Shown here piece by piece: positions 39,968 to 48,928 of a stretch of 64,000 nucleotides of DNA. This DNA is from an uncultured delta proteobacterium. Its GTDB lineage: Bacteria; Desulfobacterota; Desulfomonilia; Desulfomonilales; Desulfomonilaceae. Position 1 is the first letter of the stretch, and every line of letters begins with the position of its first letter. The translations under genes and the position numbers were made by a program. Under the pieces are notes generated by a model, which worked only from the letters and a program-made list of their open reading frames with translations, was not told the DNA's origin and ran no database searches. The DNA lies in contig CAWBKB010000003.1 in NCBI GenBank assembly GCA_963789265.1, forward strand, positions 96,001 through 160,000. Reading direction: 5' to 3'.

Positions 39968-40172
39968 GAAGGTAGCCTCCGTTTGTCGCTTTGTTCTTAC
40001 GAATAATATAAGACGCGCAGATCCCAAAATCCCCACTATTCCCTTCGCGTGTACCTGCGCATGGGTGGAAAGTGGTTGACGTGCGGGAGGAACGTGATAG
40101 CAAAGAGTGTATAACCAGCCATTGAGCCGCTGATTGGACTATTCATCCCGGAGACGGTGGGGAGTGCAAGAG

Positions 40173-40553
40173 ATGATACGCTACCTGATTGCTTGGGTTG
40201 CGATGGTTTTCATCGCGGTTGGCAACGGTGCCGTTCGCCAACTGACCTTCGGGAAGCACATGTCTGAACTCCATGCTCATCAACTATCAACTGCGGTGGG
40301 CATAGTTCTGCTCGGAGTTTTCATCTGGGCAGTGATCCGTGCATGGCCCCCGCCGTCAGGAATTCATGCACTTGCAATCGGCTTCATCTGGTTAGTGCTA
40401 ACCGCCGCATTCGAGTGTGTGTTCGGTCACTTTGTTGCAGGTCATTCGTGGTCGCAACTGCTCCATGATTACAACTTACTAGAGGGGCGCGGTTGGGTCC
40501 TGGTGCTTGTCTGGATCGTTCTGTCACCCTATTTCTTCTATCGTCTCGGCTAG
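40173..40553 (+). CDS. Hypothetical membrane protein
   Basis: Four TM helices; FECVFGH..SWSQLLHDYN motif; GGAG RBS. Confidence 0.7.
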   Translation: MIRYLIAWVAMVFIAVGNGAVRQLTFGKHMSELHAHQLSTAVGIVLLGVFIWAVIRAWPPPSGIHALAIGFIWLVLTAAFECVFGHFVAGHSWSQLLHDYNLLEGRGWVLVLVWIVLSPYFFYRLG

Positions 40554-40742
40554 ATTTCAGATGTAGCGATGCTCGAAAATAATTTCGGACTGCGCATTAG
40601 ATTTATCCGACGTTCGGGGCAAAATTCTGGGTGAGCGCAACGAGACGCTTTCGAACAGGATAGAAACCCTTATCCTAATTTTGGACGACAAAAAGATGGA
40701 GGATTTCGTAACCATCCACTTAGGCGGGGGATCTTCTGCACC

Positions 40743-40889
40743 TTGTCATTGCGAGGAGTGCATGGTGGGACAGGCTTCCAGCCTGTCTATTAGGGATGAC
40801 GGGCAAGATGCCCGTCCCACCGGCAATCTAAGCGGCGTTTAAAGAAAAAGATTGCTTCGTCCCGCGGGAGGCGGGACTTGTAATGACAA
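40743..40889. repeat. Nested repeat: GTCATTGCGAG-type pair interrupted by a GTGG-type REP pair
   Basis: Outer TTGTCATTGCGAGG..GCAATCT / AGATTGCTTCG..GTAATGACAA; inner GTGGGACAGGCTTCCAGCCTGTC (40765-40787) / GACGGGCAAGATGCCCGTCCCAC (40798-40820). Confidence 0.8.
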
Positions 40890-41096
40890 TCTCTTCCCGC
40901 GCGTAAGTGAATGCTTACAGGATTTTCTATATTTACGTTGCTTTCTTGGAGGCACAGAAGATTTCCTTGCACGAGAAGAAATACTTTTTGAGTAGGACTA
41001 CTAAGGCTCCGCCGCTAAAGGTTGCCAAAGACCCTCATCGCCACTATTTGTTCGTCCCATCTTGACATGGCGGGCCTCCACTTCGCCTCGCCCTTT

Positions 41097-42167
41097 TCAC
41101 CACCCCATAAGAGCGACGGTCGCCTCGAAGATTCTGGGACCGCTAATTCCCTCAAGGCATTTGCGATCCGCACAAGATCGCTTGCGGCAAGCCAGGCAAT
41201 CAAGCTCAGTGCGGCGGATTACTATGTGTCCTTCCCCGTACGGCCCCACTTTCGCGGGATCTGTCGGCCCGAAGAGCGCTACCACCCGAGTCCCGGCGAA
41301 TGCGGCAATATGCATAGGGCCGGAATCTGCTCCTACGTATACATCAGCCGCTTCGATCAAGGCTACGGCTTCGGCCAAATCTAGCCTGCCGGCAGCGATT
41401 ATGGGCCGTTGTTTCATCTGCTCCGAAATCGTTCGTATGTACGATGCGTCCGCGGGGCTCCCCGCAAAGACCACGGCAGCACCTGCACGCTGGATTAGAA
41501 GATCGGCCAGTTCGGCCCATCCTTCCACAGTCCAGAATTTGGTGGCCCAGCGCGCCGCGGGATTTGCGTATACAAGTCGGGCGCCTTCGGCCACGCCGGA
41601 TTCGTGGAGAAACTCTTTGATCCTCTCGCGAGCCTTTGGAGCGACGACAATTCGGTAATCTTCCGGTAGGGTGGAACATCCGAGGTAATCCGCAAAGGAT
41701 GAATTCTTGTCCACCGCGTGTCTTTTATCAGGGTTGCTCCCGACAAGGCGATGCTGAAAGAGCGTGTTCAATTCTTTAGCATCCCGGAACCCTATCCTCA
41801 GCCCGCCAGGATTTGCGAGAGCCAAAAGTCCGCTCCTGAACGAGGCATGAAGGTCGAGGACAAGATCGTACGGGCGATCTTTGAATCTTTTTCTGAGGTT
41901 GCGAAGAGTCGCCATTGTTGCCGAAGCTGCGCTTATGAATGCTCCCCGAGGAGCTTGAGGATCGCTGGTGGATGGTATGGAGATCGGAATTATTTCGTCG
42001 ATTGCGGGATCGCTCTCGATAATCGCTTGGAAGCCCTTCTGAACGATCCATCCGATTGAACACGAGGGATAATTGCGCTTGAGTGCGTGTACCAGAGGCA
42101 GCGTGTGGACAACATCTCCCAGGGAGCTCGGTTTCACTATGAGTATGCGCTTGCTGAAAAGGTCCAT
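41097..42167 (-). CDS. LPS heptosyltransferase (GT9, WaaC-like)
   Basis: ILIVKPSSLGDVVH, ADSGPMHIAA, ALFGPT; the ORF extension upstream of 42167 is repeat DNA. Confidence 0.9.
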   Translation of the reverse strand: MDLFSKRILIVKPSSLGDVVHTLPLVHALKRNYPSCSIGWIVQKGFQAIIESDPAIDEIIPISIPSTSDPQAPRGAFISAASATMATLRNLRKRFKDRPYDLVLDLHASFRSGLLALANPGGLRIGFRDAKELNTLFQHRLVGSNPDKRHAVDKNSSFADYLGCSTLPEDYRIVVAPKARERIKEFLHESGVAEGARLVYANPAARWATKFWTVEGWAELADLLIQRAGAAVVFAGSPADASYIRTISEQMKQRPIIAAGRLDLAEAVALIEAADVYVGADSGPMHIAAFAGTRVVALFGPTDPAKVGPYGEGHIVIRRTELDCLACRKRSCADRKCLEGISGPRIFEATVALMGW

Positions 42168-42601
42168 TTTTCGGGTTCTTCTCGTTCCCGGGCTCTGCCT
42201 GAGAATGCTGTCCTCCCCGGCTCTGCCCGGAATCCCTAGGCCGCCCCTACCAAAGAAGATGTCGTAGGATGCGGTGATCCCCGCTGGGCGCGGGGGAACC
42301 GCATCATTCGAGGCATTCCCTGTGATTACTTGAGTGACGAAAAACCGCGACCGGTGCGGTTCCCACGCCGCAGGCGTGCTCACCAGCACCCTACGCGTGC
42401 TTGAGCATCTTACGTAGGGCGGCCCATGGCCGCCGCCGGGCACGGCCCGCCCTACCTGGCTATTACAAGAACTCTTGCGACATGCCGGGTGCCACTGACC
42501 TAGGTGCCATCCTGGGCACCAGGTCAGTGCAGTTATTTCTGCCATGCATTCCCATGCAGAGCCTGGAACGAGAATCTTTTATTGTCGTGAGTGAATTTAC
42601 T

Positions 42602-43624
42602 CTACGTCAGTGCCGGGATCAAAGCCCCAAGAGCATTCCAAAACCCGGGCTCATCTTCAAGAACCATCTCGATCCTCAGCGCTGCAACATGATCCATTTC
42701 CTTGATCCATTGAGGAAGCTTCACCCAGTCCTTTTCGGTGAAAACGACGGGCAACCCGGCAGCTCGGTCTAGAATGGATCTCAATTCCCTGTCCCGGAAG
42801 GCGTGGTGATCCGGAAAAGCGTGATGGTCCTTTACTCTCCATCTCAGGCGTTCGGCCGTACTGCGAAAACGGGCCGGATTAGCTATCCCTGACACCAGGA
42901 CTACGTCGCGACCCGAGTAACCTTCAGCCGGCGACGACCGGGAGGCAAGATCTGTTTGCAGGCCGGCGGCCACCGGCCGACATCGGAAAATCGGCGCTCG
43001 TATGTGTTTCTTGGCGAAGGCAGGGATTGCATCTGCCGCCACCAAGACCACTATATCGGCTCGTTTCAAAGCCGACAATGGTTCCCGCAGCCGTCCCCGC
43101 GGGAACATGTGGTCTTCAGAGCCGTTCAACAACACGATATCGGCATCGCGTCGCAATGGAAGATGCTGAAACCCGTCATCGAGCACAACTATGTTACAAC
43201 CGAACAACTGCTTAGCCGCTCGGACCGGATAAATCCTTTTGCGCCCTACGATGACGGGAATATCCGGAAGACGCTCTGCGATCAGATAAGGTTCGTCACC
43301 GCAAGCATCAGGGCCGACAAGAGGCTCGCTCGCCGAGCCGTCTCCGACCACCAAATAGGGCGCTCGGCTTGCCCCACGGTATCCGCGGCTCACCACCGCC
43401 GGCTTTAGGCCGCACTTTGCAAGCATTCCTGCCAGGTAGATCGCAAATGGAGTTTTGCCGCTCCCACCGAGGACCAGATTGCCCACAGATATCACCGTGA
43501 CCGGCGCTCTATGCGGCGACAGAATCCCCCAGTCGTAAGCCTTTTCTCTGATCTTTTGGACTGCATAATATCCGACCGCGGGGAGAGACAATAGAGGATC
43601 GGTCAGTGAACAGCCTGTAATCAT
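42602..43624 (-). CDS. lpxK: Tetraacyldisaccharide 4'-kinase
   Basis: SVGNLVLGGSGKTP, SRGY, GDEP, LDDGFQH, TEKDWVK. Confidence 0.95.
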   Translation of the reverse strand: MITGCSLTDPLLSLPAVGYYAVQKIREKAYDWGILSPHRAPVTVISVGNLVLGGSGKTPFAIYLAGMLAKCGLKPAVVSRGYRGASRAPYLVVGDGSASEPLVGPDACGDEPYLIAERLPDIPVIVGRKRIYPVRAAKQLFGCNIVVLDDGFQHLPLRRDADIVLLNGSEDHMFPRGRLREPLSALKRADIVVLVAADAIPAFAKKHIRAPIFRCRPVAAGLQTDLASRSSPAEGYSGRDVVLVSGIANPARFRSTAERLRWRVKDHHAFPDHHAFRDRELRSILDRAAGLPVVFTEKDWVKLPQWIKEMDHVAALRIEMVLEDEPGFWNALGALIPALT

Positions 43625-45408
43625 TGTCCGACGGTAATGGCCGACGGCTCGTCCGAGGTGGTAACCTGGGAAGCAAATTGCATGTTGTACATGCGTGCAA
43701 ATTCCCCGGGCCGAGCAAGAAGCTCATCGTGACTTCCCTCTTCCGCTATTCGCCCGCCTATCATCACGTAGATACGATCCACATTTCGTATGGTGGACAG
43801 CCTGTGAGCTACTACGAGGGTGGTTCTGCCCTTCATGAGCTCTTCCAATGCACTCTGAACCGCCTTTTCCGAGTCCGAGTCAAGATTGGAGGTGGCTTCA
43901 TCGAGAATAAGAACTGGAGGATTCTTCAATAATGCTCTGGCTATCGCCATTCTCTGGCGTTCGCCGCCTGACAGTTTAATCCCATCCTCACCGATCATCG
44001 TGTCGTATGACAATGGCAAGGCGGTGATAAAATCGTGAGCGTGCGCTGCCTTCGCGGCTTCAACGACTTTCTCCAGGGGAAGATCGGGTCTGCCGTACGC
44101 GATGTTGTTCCGGACGGTATCGTCAAACAGTATGGTTTGCTGAGTGACAATACCAATCTGTTCGCGGAAAGATCTTTGGGTGAGGTCCCGCACGTCTGTC
44201 CCGTCAATCAGGATGCGGCCCGCAGTCACGTCGTAAAACCGCGGCAGAAGGTCGAGAAGCGTGCTCTTTCCCACGCCGCTCTCACCCACTATTGCAACGG
44301 CCTCGCCCGCTTGAACTCGGATGGTTATATCTTTCAGCAGGGGCTCGTCGTCATAAGAAAAGCTGACGTGTTCGTATTCAATATCCTGCTGGACCGTCTT
44401 CAGGGTTCCTGCGTCAAGCTTGTCATTTATCTCAGTAGGTTCATCAATGAATGCAAAAATTCTTTCGCCCGCGCTTATTCCCTCCTGAATGGTGAGATTG
44501 ACCTCATTAATTCTGCTTATGGGCTGATAGAGCAAAAAAAGCGCAGTCATAAATGAAAAGAAAGTGCCTGGAGTGGAGTGGCCGCTTATGACCTGACTTC
44601 CGCCGTAATACACAATGGCGCATACTCCGAAACCGCCCAGTGTCTCCATCATCGGGTTTGACAGAGCCCTCACCTTGAACCGCCGCATAAATGCCCTGAA
44701 GAGCTTGTTGTTAACCTCAGCGAATCTGTCACGTTCGTAAGGCTCCATGGCGAAGGCCTTGACAATCCTGATCCCAGTTATAGTTTCGTTCAGGCGCTCG
44801 GTAATATCCTCCAGAGAGACCAGCATTCGCCGTGAATAGCGTTTGAGCTTCTTGCCGAAGGAGAGGAGCGGGTAAGTCGCCAAGGGAAATACTACCATAG
44901 CAATCAACGCCAACTTGAAATCCCGGTAGAACACCACGAATAAGAGGCCCACCACAGTCAGCGCGTCTCGCATCATTCCCGTAATTGCGCTCGTCATGGC
45001 CCCTTGGACCATGGTCACGTCATTGCTCATTCTCGAAAGGAGTTCACCAGTGGAATGGCGCACAAAGAACCCTACGGACATCTCTTCCAACCTGGCGAAC
45101 ATTTGTTCCCGCAGATCACGAATGATGCTCTGTCCGACATACGACATCAGATAGTATTGGCCGAAATCACAGGCGCCTTTCAGCAAATAGACCAGGGCGA
45201 CCAACACAGGAATCCATGCGAGCATAGCCGAATTCTTTTCGACGAATATGTCGTCAAGCGCGGGCTTCACCAGAAAGGCCAGGGACGAAGTGAGACCCGC
45301 GACACCGATCATGCAAATCCCGGCCAGGACAAGCTTACCCAAATAGGGCTTGAGGTATTTCAGCATTCGCTTATAAGCGTTCACAGCTTGCCTCTCTGCT
45401 AAAATCAA
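43621..45408 (-). CDS. msbA: Lipid A flippase ABC transporter
   Basis: TM domain plus NBD (GESGVGKS, LSGGERQR, DEATS); lipid A operon context. Confidence 0.9.
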   Translation of the reverse strand: MILAERQAVNAYKRMLKYLKPYLGKLVLAGICMIGVAGLTSSLAFLVKPALDDIFVEKNSAMLAWIPVLVALVYLLKGACDFGQYYLMSYVGQSIIRDLREQMFARLEEMSVGFFVRHSTGELLSRMSNDVTMVQGAMTSAITGMMRDALTVVGLLFVVFYRDFKLALIAMVVFPLATYPLLSFGKKLKRYSRRMLVSLEDITERLNETITGIRIVKAFAMEPYERDRFAEVNNKLFRAFMRRFKVRALSNPMMETLGGFGVCAIVYYGGSQVISGHSTPGTFFSFMTALFLLYQPISRINEVNLTIQEGISAGERIFAFIDEPTEINDKLDAGTLKTVQQDIEYEHVSFSYDDEPLLKDITIRVQAGEAVAIVGESGVGKSTLLDLLPRFYDVTAGRILIDGTDVRDLTQRSFREQIGIVTQQTILFDDTVRNNIAYGRPDLPLEKVVEAAKAAHAHDFITALPLSYDTMIGEDGIKLSGGERQRMAIARALLKNPPVLILDEATSNLDSDSEKAVQSALEELMKGRTTLVVAHRLSTIRNVDRIYVMIGGRIAEEGSHDELLARPGEFARMYNMQFASQVTTSDEPSAITVGQ

Positions 45409-46272
45409 TTACTGACGGATGGCATGATGGGGACAGTCTTTTACAGCCGGGCCTTCGGGCGGGACGCCTACAACCGAAATCTTGGCCCTGTCTGCTTTGC
45501 CAATCATCTCTTCGCAATTTGTAATCATCGTTTTCCCGGCCTCAACGGCAAGCACGCGGGCCTTTGCCGCTACCATACTGTCGATTGTGGAGGGCCCCAC
45601 ACCCGGTACGTCGAAACGCATGTCCTGCTCGGGCTTGGCCATTTTGACCACTACTCCGTTGGGAAAGCCCAGTTCACCCGCGCGTCGAATTGCCTTGTCC
45701 GTCCCTTCAATGGCCTCGACTGCTATTACCGCGGCATTCTTGACCACCACGGTTTGGCCGATATCCAGCCCGCCCACACCACGAGCCATTTTTCTACCGA
45801 AAAGAATATCCTTCCACTGCTTGTCATTCGGATGTTTCTTTGTGAGCACACCGAGAGGAGCCATAAGCTTCGCGGCCCACGAGGTGATCTCTTCGATGAC
45901 GATCCCTTCCTTGAGTAACTCGGCCGCTATGGCCGCGAGAAGCGTATCGTCGCGCCAGTCCTCGAGGGAGCGGACCATCCTCAGAACGCGGCGGTCCGGT
46001 CTCAGATTCCACGGACGCAACAGATTGGATTTTTCTATCTTCCCGGCCATTACCACACGATTGACTCCGTGGGTCTTTAGGATGGAGATCGCCTTTTCGA
46101 GTTGGCCAAGTTTCAACCAGAAAGTTTCTGTTGCTCGACTTGCCATTGCCGGATCGGTGAATCCTGAAAAGGCGATGGCGACAACCTGGAACCCTCGATC
46201 GAGAGCTTCGGCTGCCACGTAAAGCGGCAGATCACCGGTTCCTGCTATTATGCCTACGCTTCCCAAGATCAA
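45409..46272 (-). CDS. lpxI: UDP-2,3-diacylglucosamine pyrophosphatase
   Basis: GIIAGTGDLP, DIGQTVVV, AVEAIEGTD, QDMRFDVP. Confidence 0.93.
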   Translation of the reverse strand: MILGSVGIIAGTGDLPLYVAAEALDRGFQVVAIAFSGFTDPAMASRATETFWLKLGQLEKAISILKTHGVNRVVMAGKIEKSNLLRPWNLRPDRRVLRMVRSLEDWRDDTLLAAIAAELLKEGIVIEEITSWAAKLMAPLGVLTKKHPNDKQWKDILFGRKMARGVGGLDIGQTVVVKNAAVIAVEAIEGTDKAIRRAGELGFPNGVVVKMAKPEQDMRFDVPGVGPSTIDSMVAAKARVLAVEAGKTMITNCEEMIGKADRAKISVVGVPPEGPAVKDCPHHAIRQ

Positions 46273-47072
46273 GCCCGCCGAAATGTGTGCCGACTTAAGG
46301 AGACTCGGGCCGTGCCCCGCTTGGAGGTGGCAAGAAAGTCGGCAAATCTTAGCGCCTCCGGCGTGTGCATCATTTCCGCGCGAATTTTTTGGACCGCCTG
46401 ATCCACTTTCAGAGAAGACCTGAACGCTATCTTAAAGGCTCTTTTGAGTTGCCGTATGGTCTCCTTGGCAAAACCGTTGCGTCTCAGGCCCACTTCGTTA
46501 AGGCCATACACATAGATTCGTGAACCCGAGGCCAGGGTATACGGAGGGACGTCTTTGGCTACTCCCGAAACTCCTCCCACCAGGGCGTATTCGCCTACTC
46601 TGACAAACTGGTGCACCGCGACAATCCCCCCCAGAATCGCGCGGGTCCCGATCTCTATATGTCCCCCGAGATGAGCGGAGTTTGCCATAATGACGCCCTG
46701 CCCCAGCACGCAGTCATGGGCCACGTGGCAGTACGACATGAGGTAACAGTCGTCGCCGACGACCGTTGCGCCTTTGCCTCTGAGCGTTCCGCGATGGATC
46801 GTCACGTATTCTCGGACGGTCACGCGTGCACCGATCTCCACGCGAGTGTCCTCTCCCCGGTAGGTAAAATCCTGGGGCGGCCCGCCGATGGCAGCGAACT
46901 GGAAAACGCGGCTCTGCGGGCCAATTGAAGTATCCCCTTCGACGGTGACGTGGGGACCGATTTCGCACTCATCTCCCACGATAACATGCTCGCCTATCAA
47001 CGAATAGGGGCCTATGGAGACGTTGTTGCCGATTATGGCTCTCGGATGAATGATTGCCGTGGGATGGATCAT
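46269..47072 (-). CDS. lpxA: UDP-N-acetylglucosamine acyltransferase
   Basis: IHPTAII, PQDF, TIHRGT, HVAHDC, GLNEVGLRR; hexapeptide repeats. Confidence 0.95.
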   Translation of the reverse strand: MIHPTAIIHPRAIIGNNVSIGPYSLIGEHVIVGDECEIGPHVTVEGDTSIGPQSRVFQFAAIGGPPQDFTYRGEDTRVEIGARVTVREYVTIHRGTLRGKGATVVGDDCYLMSYCHVAHDCVLGQGVIMANSAHLGGHIEIGTRAILGGIVAVHQFVRVGEYALVGGVSGVAKDVPPYTLASGSRIYVYGLNEVGLRRNGFAKETIRQLKRAFKIAFRSSLKVDQAVQKIRAEMMHTPEALRFADFLATSKRGTARVSLSRHTFRRA

Positions 47073-48115
47073 AAGTTTTCCTTGCGGTCGGATTGAACTA
47101 GGCGCTCCAGCTTTCTGATCCGATCCAGGATCTCCGGGAGCCTCTTGAAAAGGGTCTGAACACGAAGAAACACTTTATGGGGCATGGCCGGAATGGAGCC
47201 GGCCATCACCGAACCGTCCGGAACGTTCCTGTAAATTCCTACTCTTGTGGCTAGGACCACTCCGTTACCGACCGTAACGTGATCCTTCACTCCAGCCTGG
47301 CCTCCGATCACGCCATAGCGACCTATGGTCGAACTGCCGGCAATTCCCACCTGGGAAGCGATAACGGTGCCGTCACCGATATCGACGGTATGAGCGACCT
47401 GAACAAGATTATCAAGCTTCACTCCTCTGCCCAGGCGGGTCACTCCACTCAATGCTCTGTCAACCGCAACCAGGGCCCCTATCTCAACGTCGTCGCCGAT
47501 TTCAACGCTTCCACTGTGGTACTTTTTGATGTACACGGGCAGTCCGCTCTCATCAACGGTTCTGGCATAGCCAAAGCCGTCTGAACCGATGACTGCGCCG
47601 GAATGTATGATTACTCGTTTTCCGATTTTGACTTTAGGATAAACAGTAACGTGAGGGAAAATACGTGTATCTTCACCTATTTCCACGTCTTCCCCAACAT
47701 CGACATGACCCCCCAATATGACCCGGTCCCCAATAATCGTACCTCTCCCGATGACCGTGAAGGGGCCGACTGACACATCGCGTCCCAAATGCGCTTCAGG
47801 ATGGACCTCGGCCTTCGGGGAGATACCGGCCGGCACCGCGGGGTGCGGATAAAATAGACCCGTCAGCCGCGCGAATGCCGCTTCCGGATTGTCATGACGA
47901 ATATGCGGACGCCCTCGCGGATCAAGGTCACGAGGAAGAATCACAGATCCCGCGGAACTCTTGGCCAATTTCTCCTGAAACTGCGGCCCGGCCACGTAGG
48001 TTATGTCATCCCCGCAGGCGTACTCCAGAGGTCTTGCACCTGCGATCGTCGGCCCCGGTGTCTCCGAAGACGTGGCACCGAGAAACCGGGCCAGTTCTTC
48101 CAGGGTGTAAGTCAT
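47069..48115 (-). CDS. lpxD: UDP-3-O-acylglucosamine N-acyltransferase
   Basis: IGSDGFGY, KLDNLVQVAH, GIAGS; hexapeptide repeats. Confidence 0.95.
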   Translation of the reverse strand: MTYTLEELARFLGATSSETPGPTIAGARPLEYACGDDITYVAGPQFQEKLAKSSAGSVILPRDLDPRGRPHIRHDNPEAAFARLTGLFYPHPAVPAGISPKAEVHPEAHLGRDVSVGPFTVIGRGTIIGDRVILGGHVDVGEDVEIGEDTRIFPHVTVYPKVKIGKRVIIHSGAVIGSDGFGYARTVDESGLPVYIKKYHSGSVEIGDDVEIGALVAVDRALSGVTRLGRGVKLDNLVQVAHTVDIGDGTVIASQVGIAGSSTIGRYGVIGGQAGVKDHVTVGNGVVLATRVGIYRNVPDGSVMAGSIPAMPHKVFLRVQTLFKRLPEILDRIRKLERLVQSDRKENL

Positions 48116-48145
48116 TTTCTAAGCCAACCCGGCCCTTCCCCCGCG

Positions 48146-48757
48146 CTACCTCGGCGGTGCTTTCCTTGCAGGGCCCGCGGCCGCAGGAACCTTGGGCCTG
48201 GGTTTAAGCGGCCTGGCAGCCGCCGGTGGCCTCGCAGTTGTCGCTTCAGCGTCATAGGCCTTGGCTACTTCGTCAGTGATATCCAGGGAATCGTCTGCCG
48301 AGAGAAGAGCGGTCTGGTTAAAAACCAGCTTGAGGCCTTTTTGAGCGCGAATCCGACCTATTATCTTTGTCAAATCACGCTGGAAGTTTGCCATCATATC
48401 ACGCTGTTCGTTTTTTACCGAATTCTCAGCCTCCTTTTGCGCCAGCTTGAGCTCCATTTCCTTTATCCCGGCTTCTTTTATCTTTTGGTTCCGGACAGCC
48501 TCTTGCAGCATGGGGCCCTGCTTTTGCAATTGTTCCTGCAGATTTGTCAGCTCCTTCTTCTTGTCCTCCAAAGCTCTTTGCTTGGCCTTCACGAGATCCA
48601 TAAATTTCCTTTGCATTGCCCTTGCCTTTACCGATTTGGTGCCGAACTTCTGCAGATCAACGAATGCAACTTTGAAATCTTGCGTTTGCCCTATGCCGGT
48701 CCAAACAAATACGAGCCCCGATACGGCGCAAACGACCGCTAATAACTGCTTCCTCAT
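48146..48757 (-). CDS. skp: OmpH/Skp periplasmic chaperone
   Basis: Signal peptide, KVAFVDLQK, coiled coil, LDITDEV; between bamA and lpxD. Confidence 0.88.
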   Translation of the reverse strand: MRKQLLAVVCAVSGLVFVWTGIGQTQDFKVAFVDLQKFGTKSVKARAMQRKFMDLVKAKQRALEDKKKELTNLQEQLQKQGPMLQEAVRNQKIKEAGIKEMELKLAQKEAENSVKNEQRDMMANFQRDLTKIIGRIRAQKGLKLVFNQTALLSADDSLDITDEVAKAYDAEATTARPPAAARPLKPRPKVPAAAGPARKAPPR

Positions 48758-48928
48758 AACATTACTCCTTTATTTCTTCGTAGCTTTGGCCTGAAACCGT
48801 GCCACGGTTAGAATCGACATCTGCCTGATGAAGCGAGGCATGCCCCCGAACTTGCCGGTAAAACCAGAAAATAAGGAAATGGAATGCTCGCTCAGTCTAG
48901 ACCCGAGATTTCCCTCTTGCAAGCAGGA

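Noticed and set aside
42168..42545. N-terminal extension of the heptosyltransferase ORF
   Set aside because: Runs through REP-like hairpins (for example GTAGGGCGG..CCGCCCTAC near 42415-42454); GT9 homology starts at 42167
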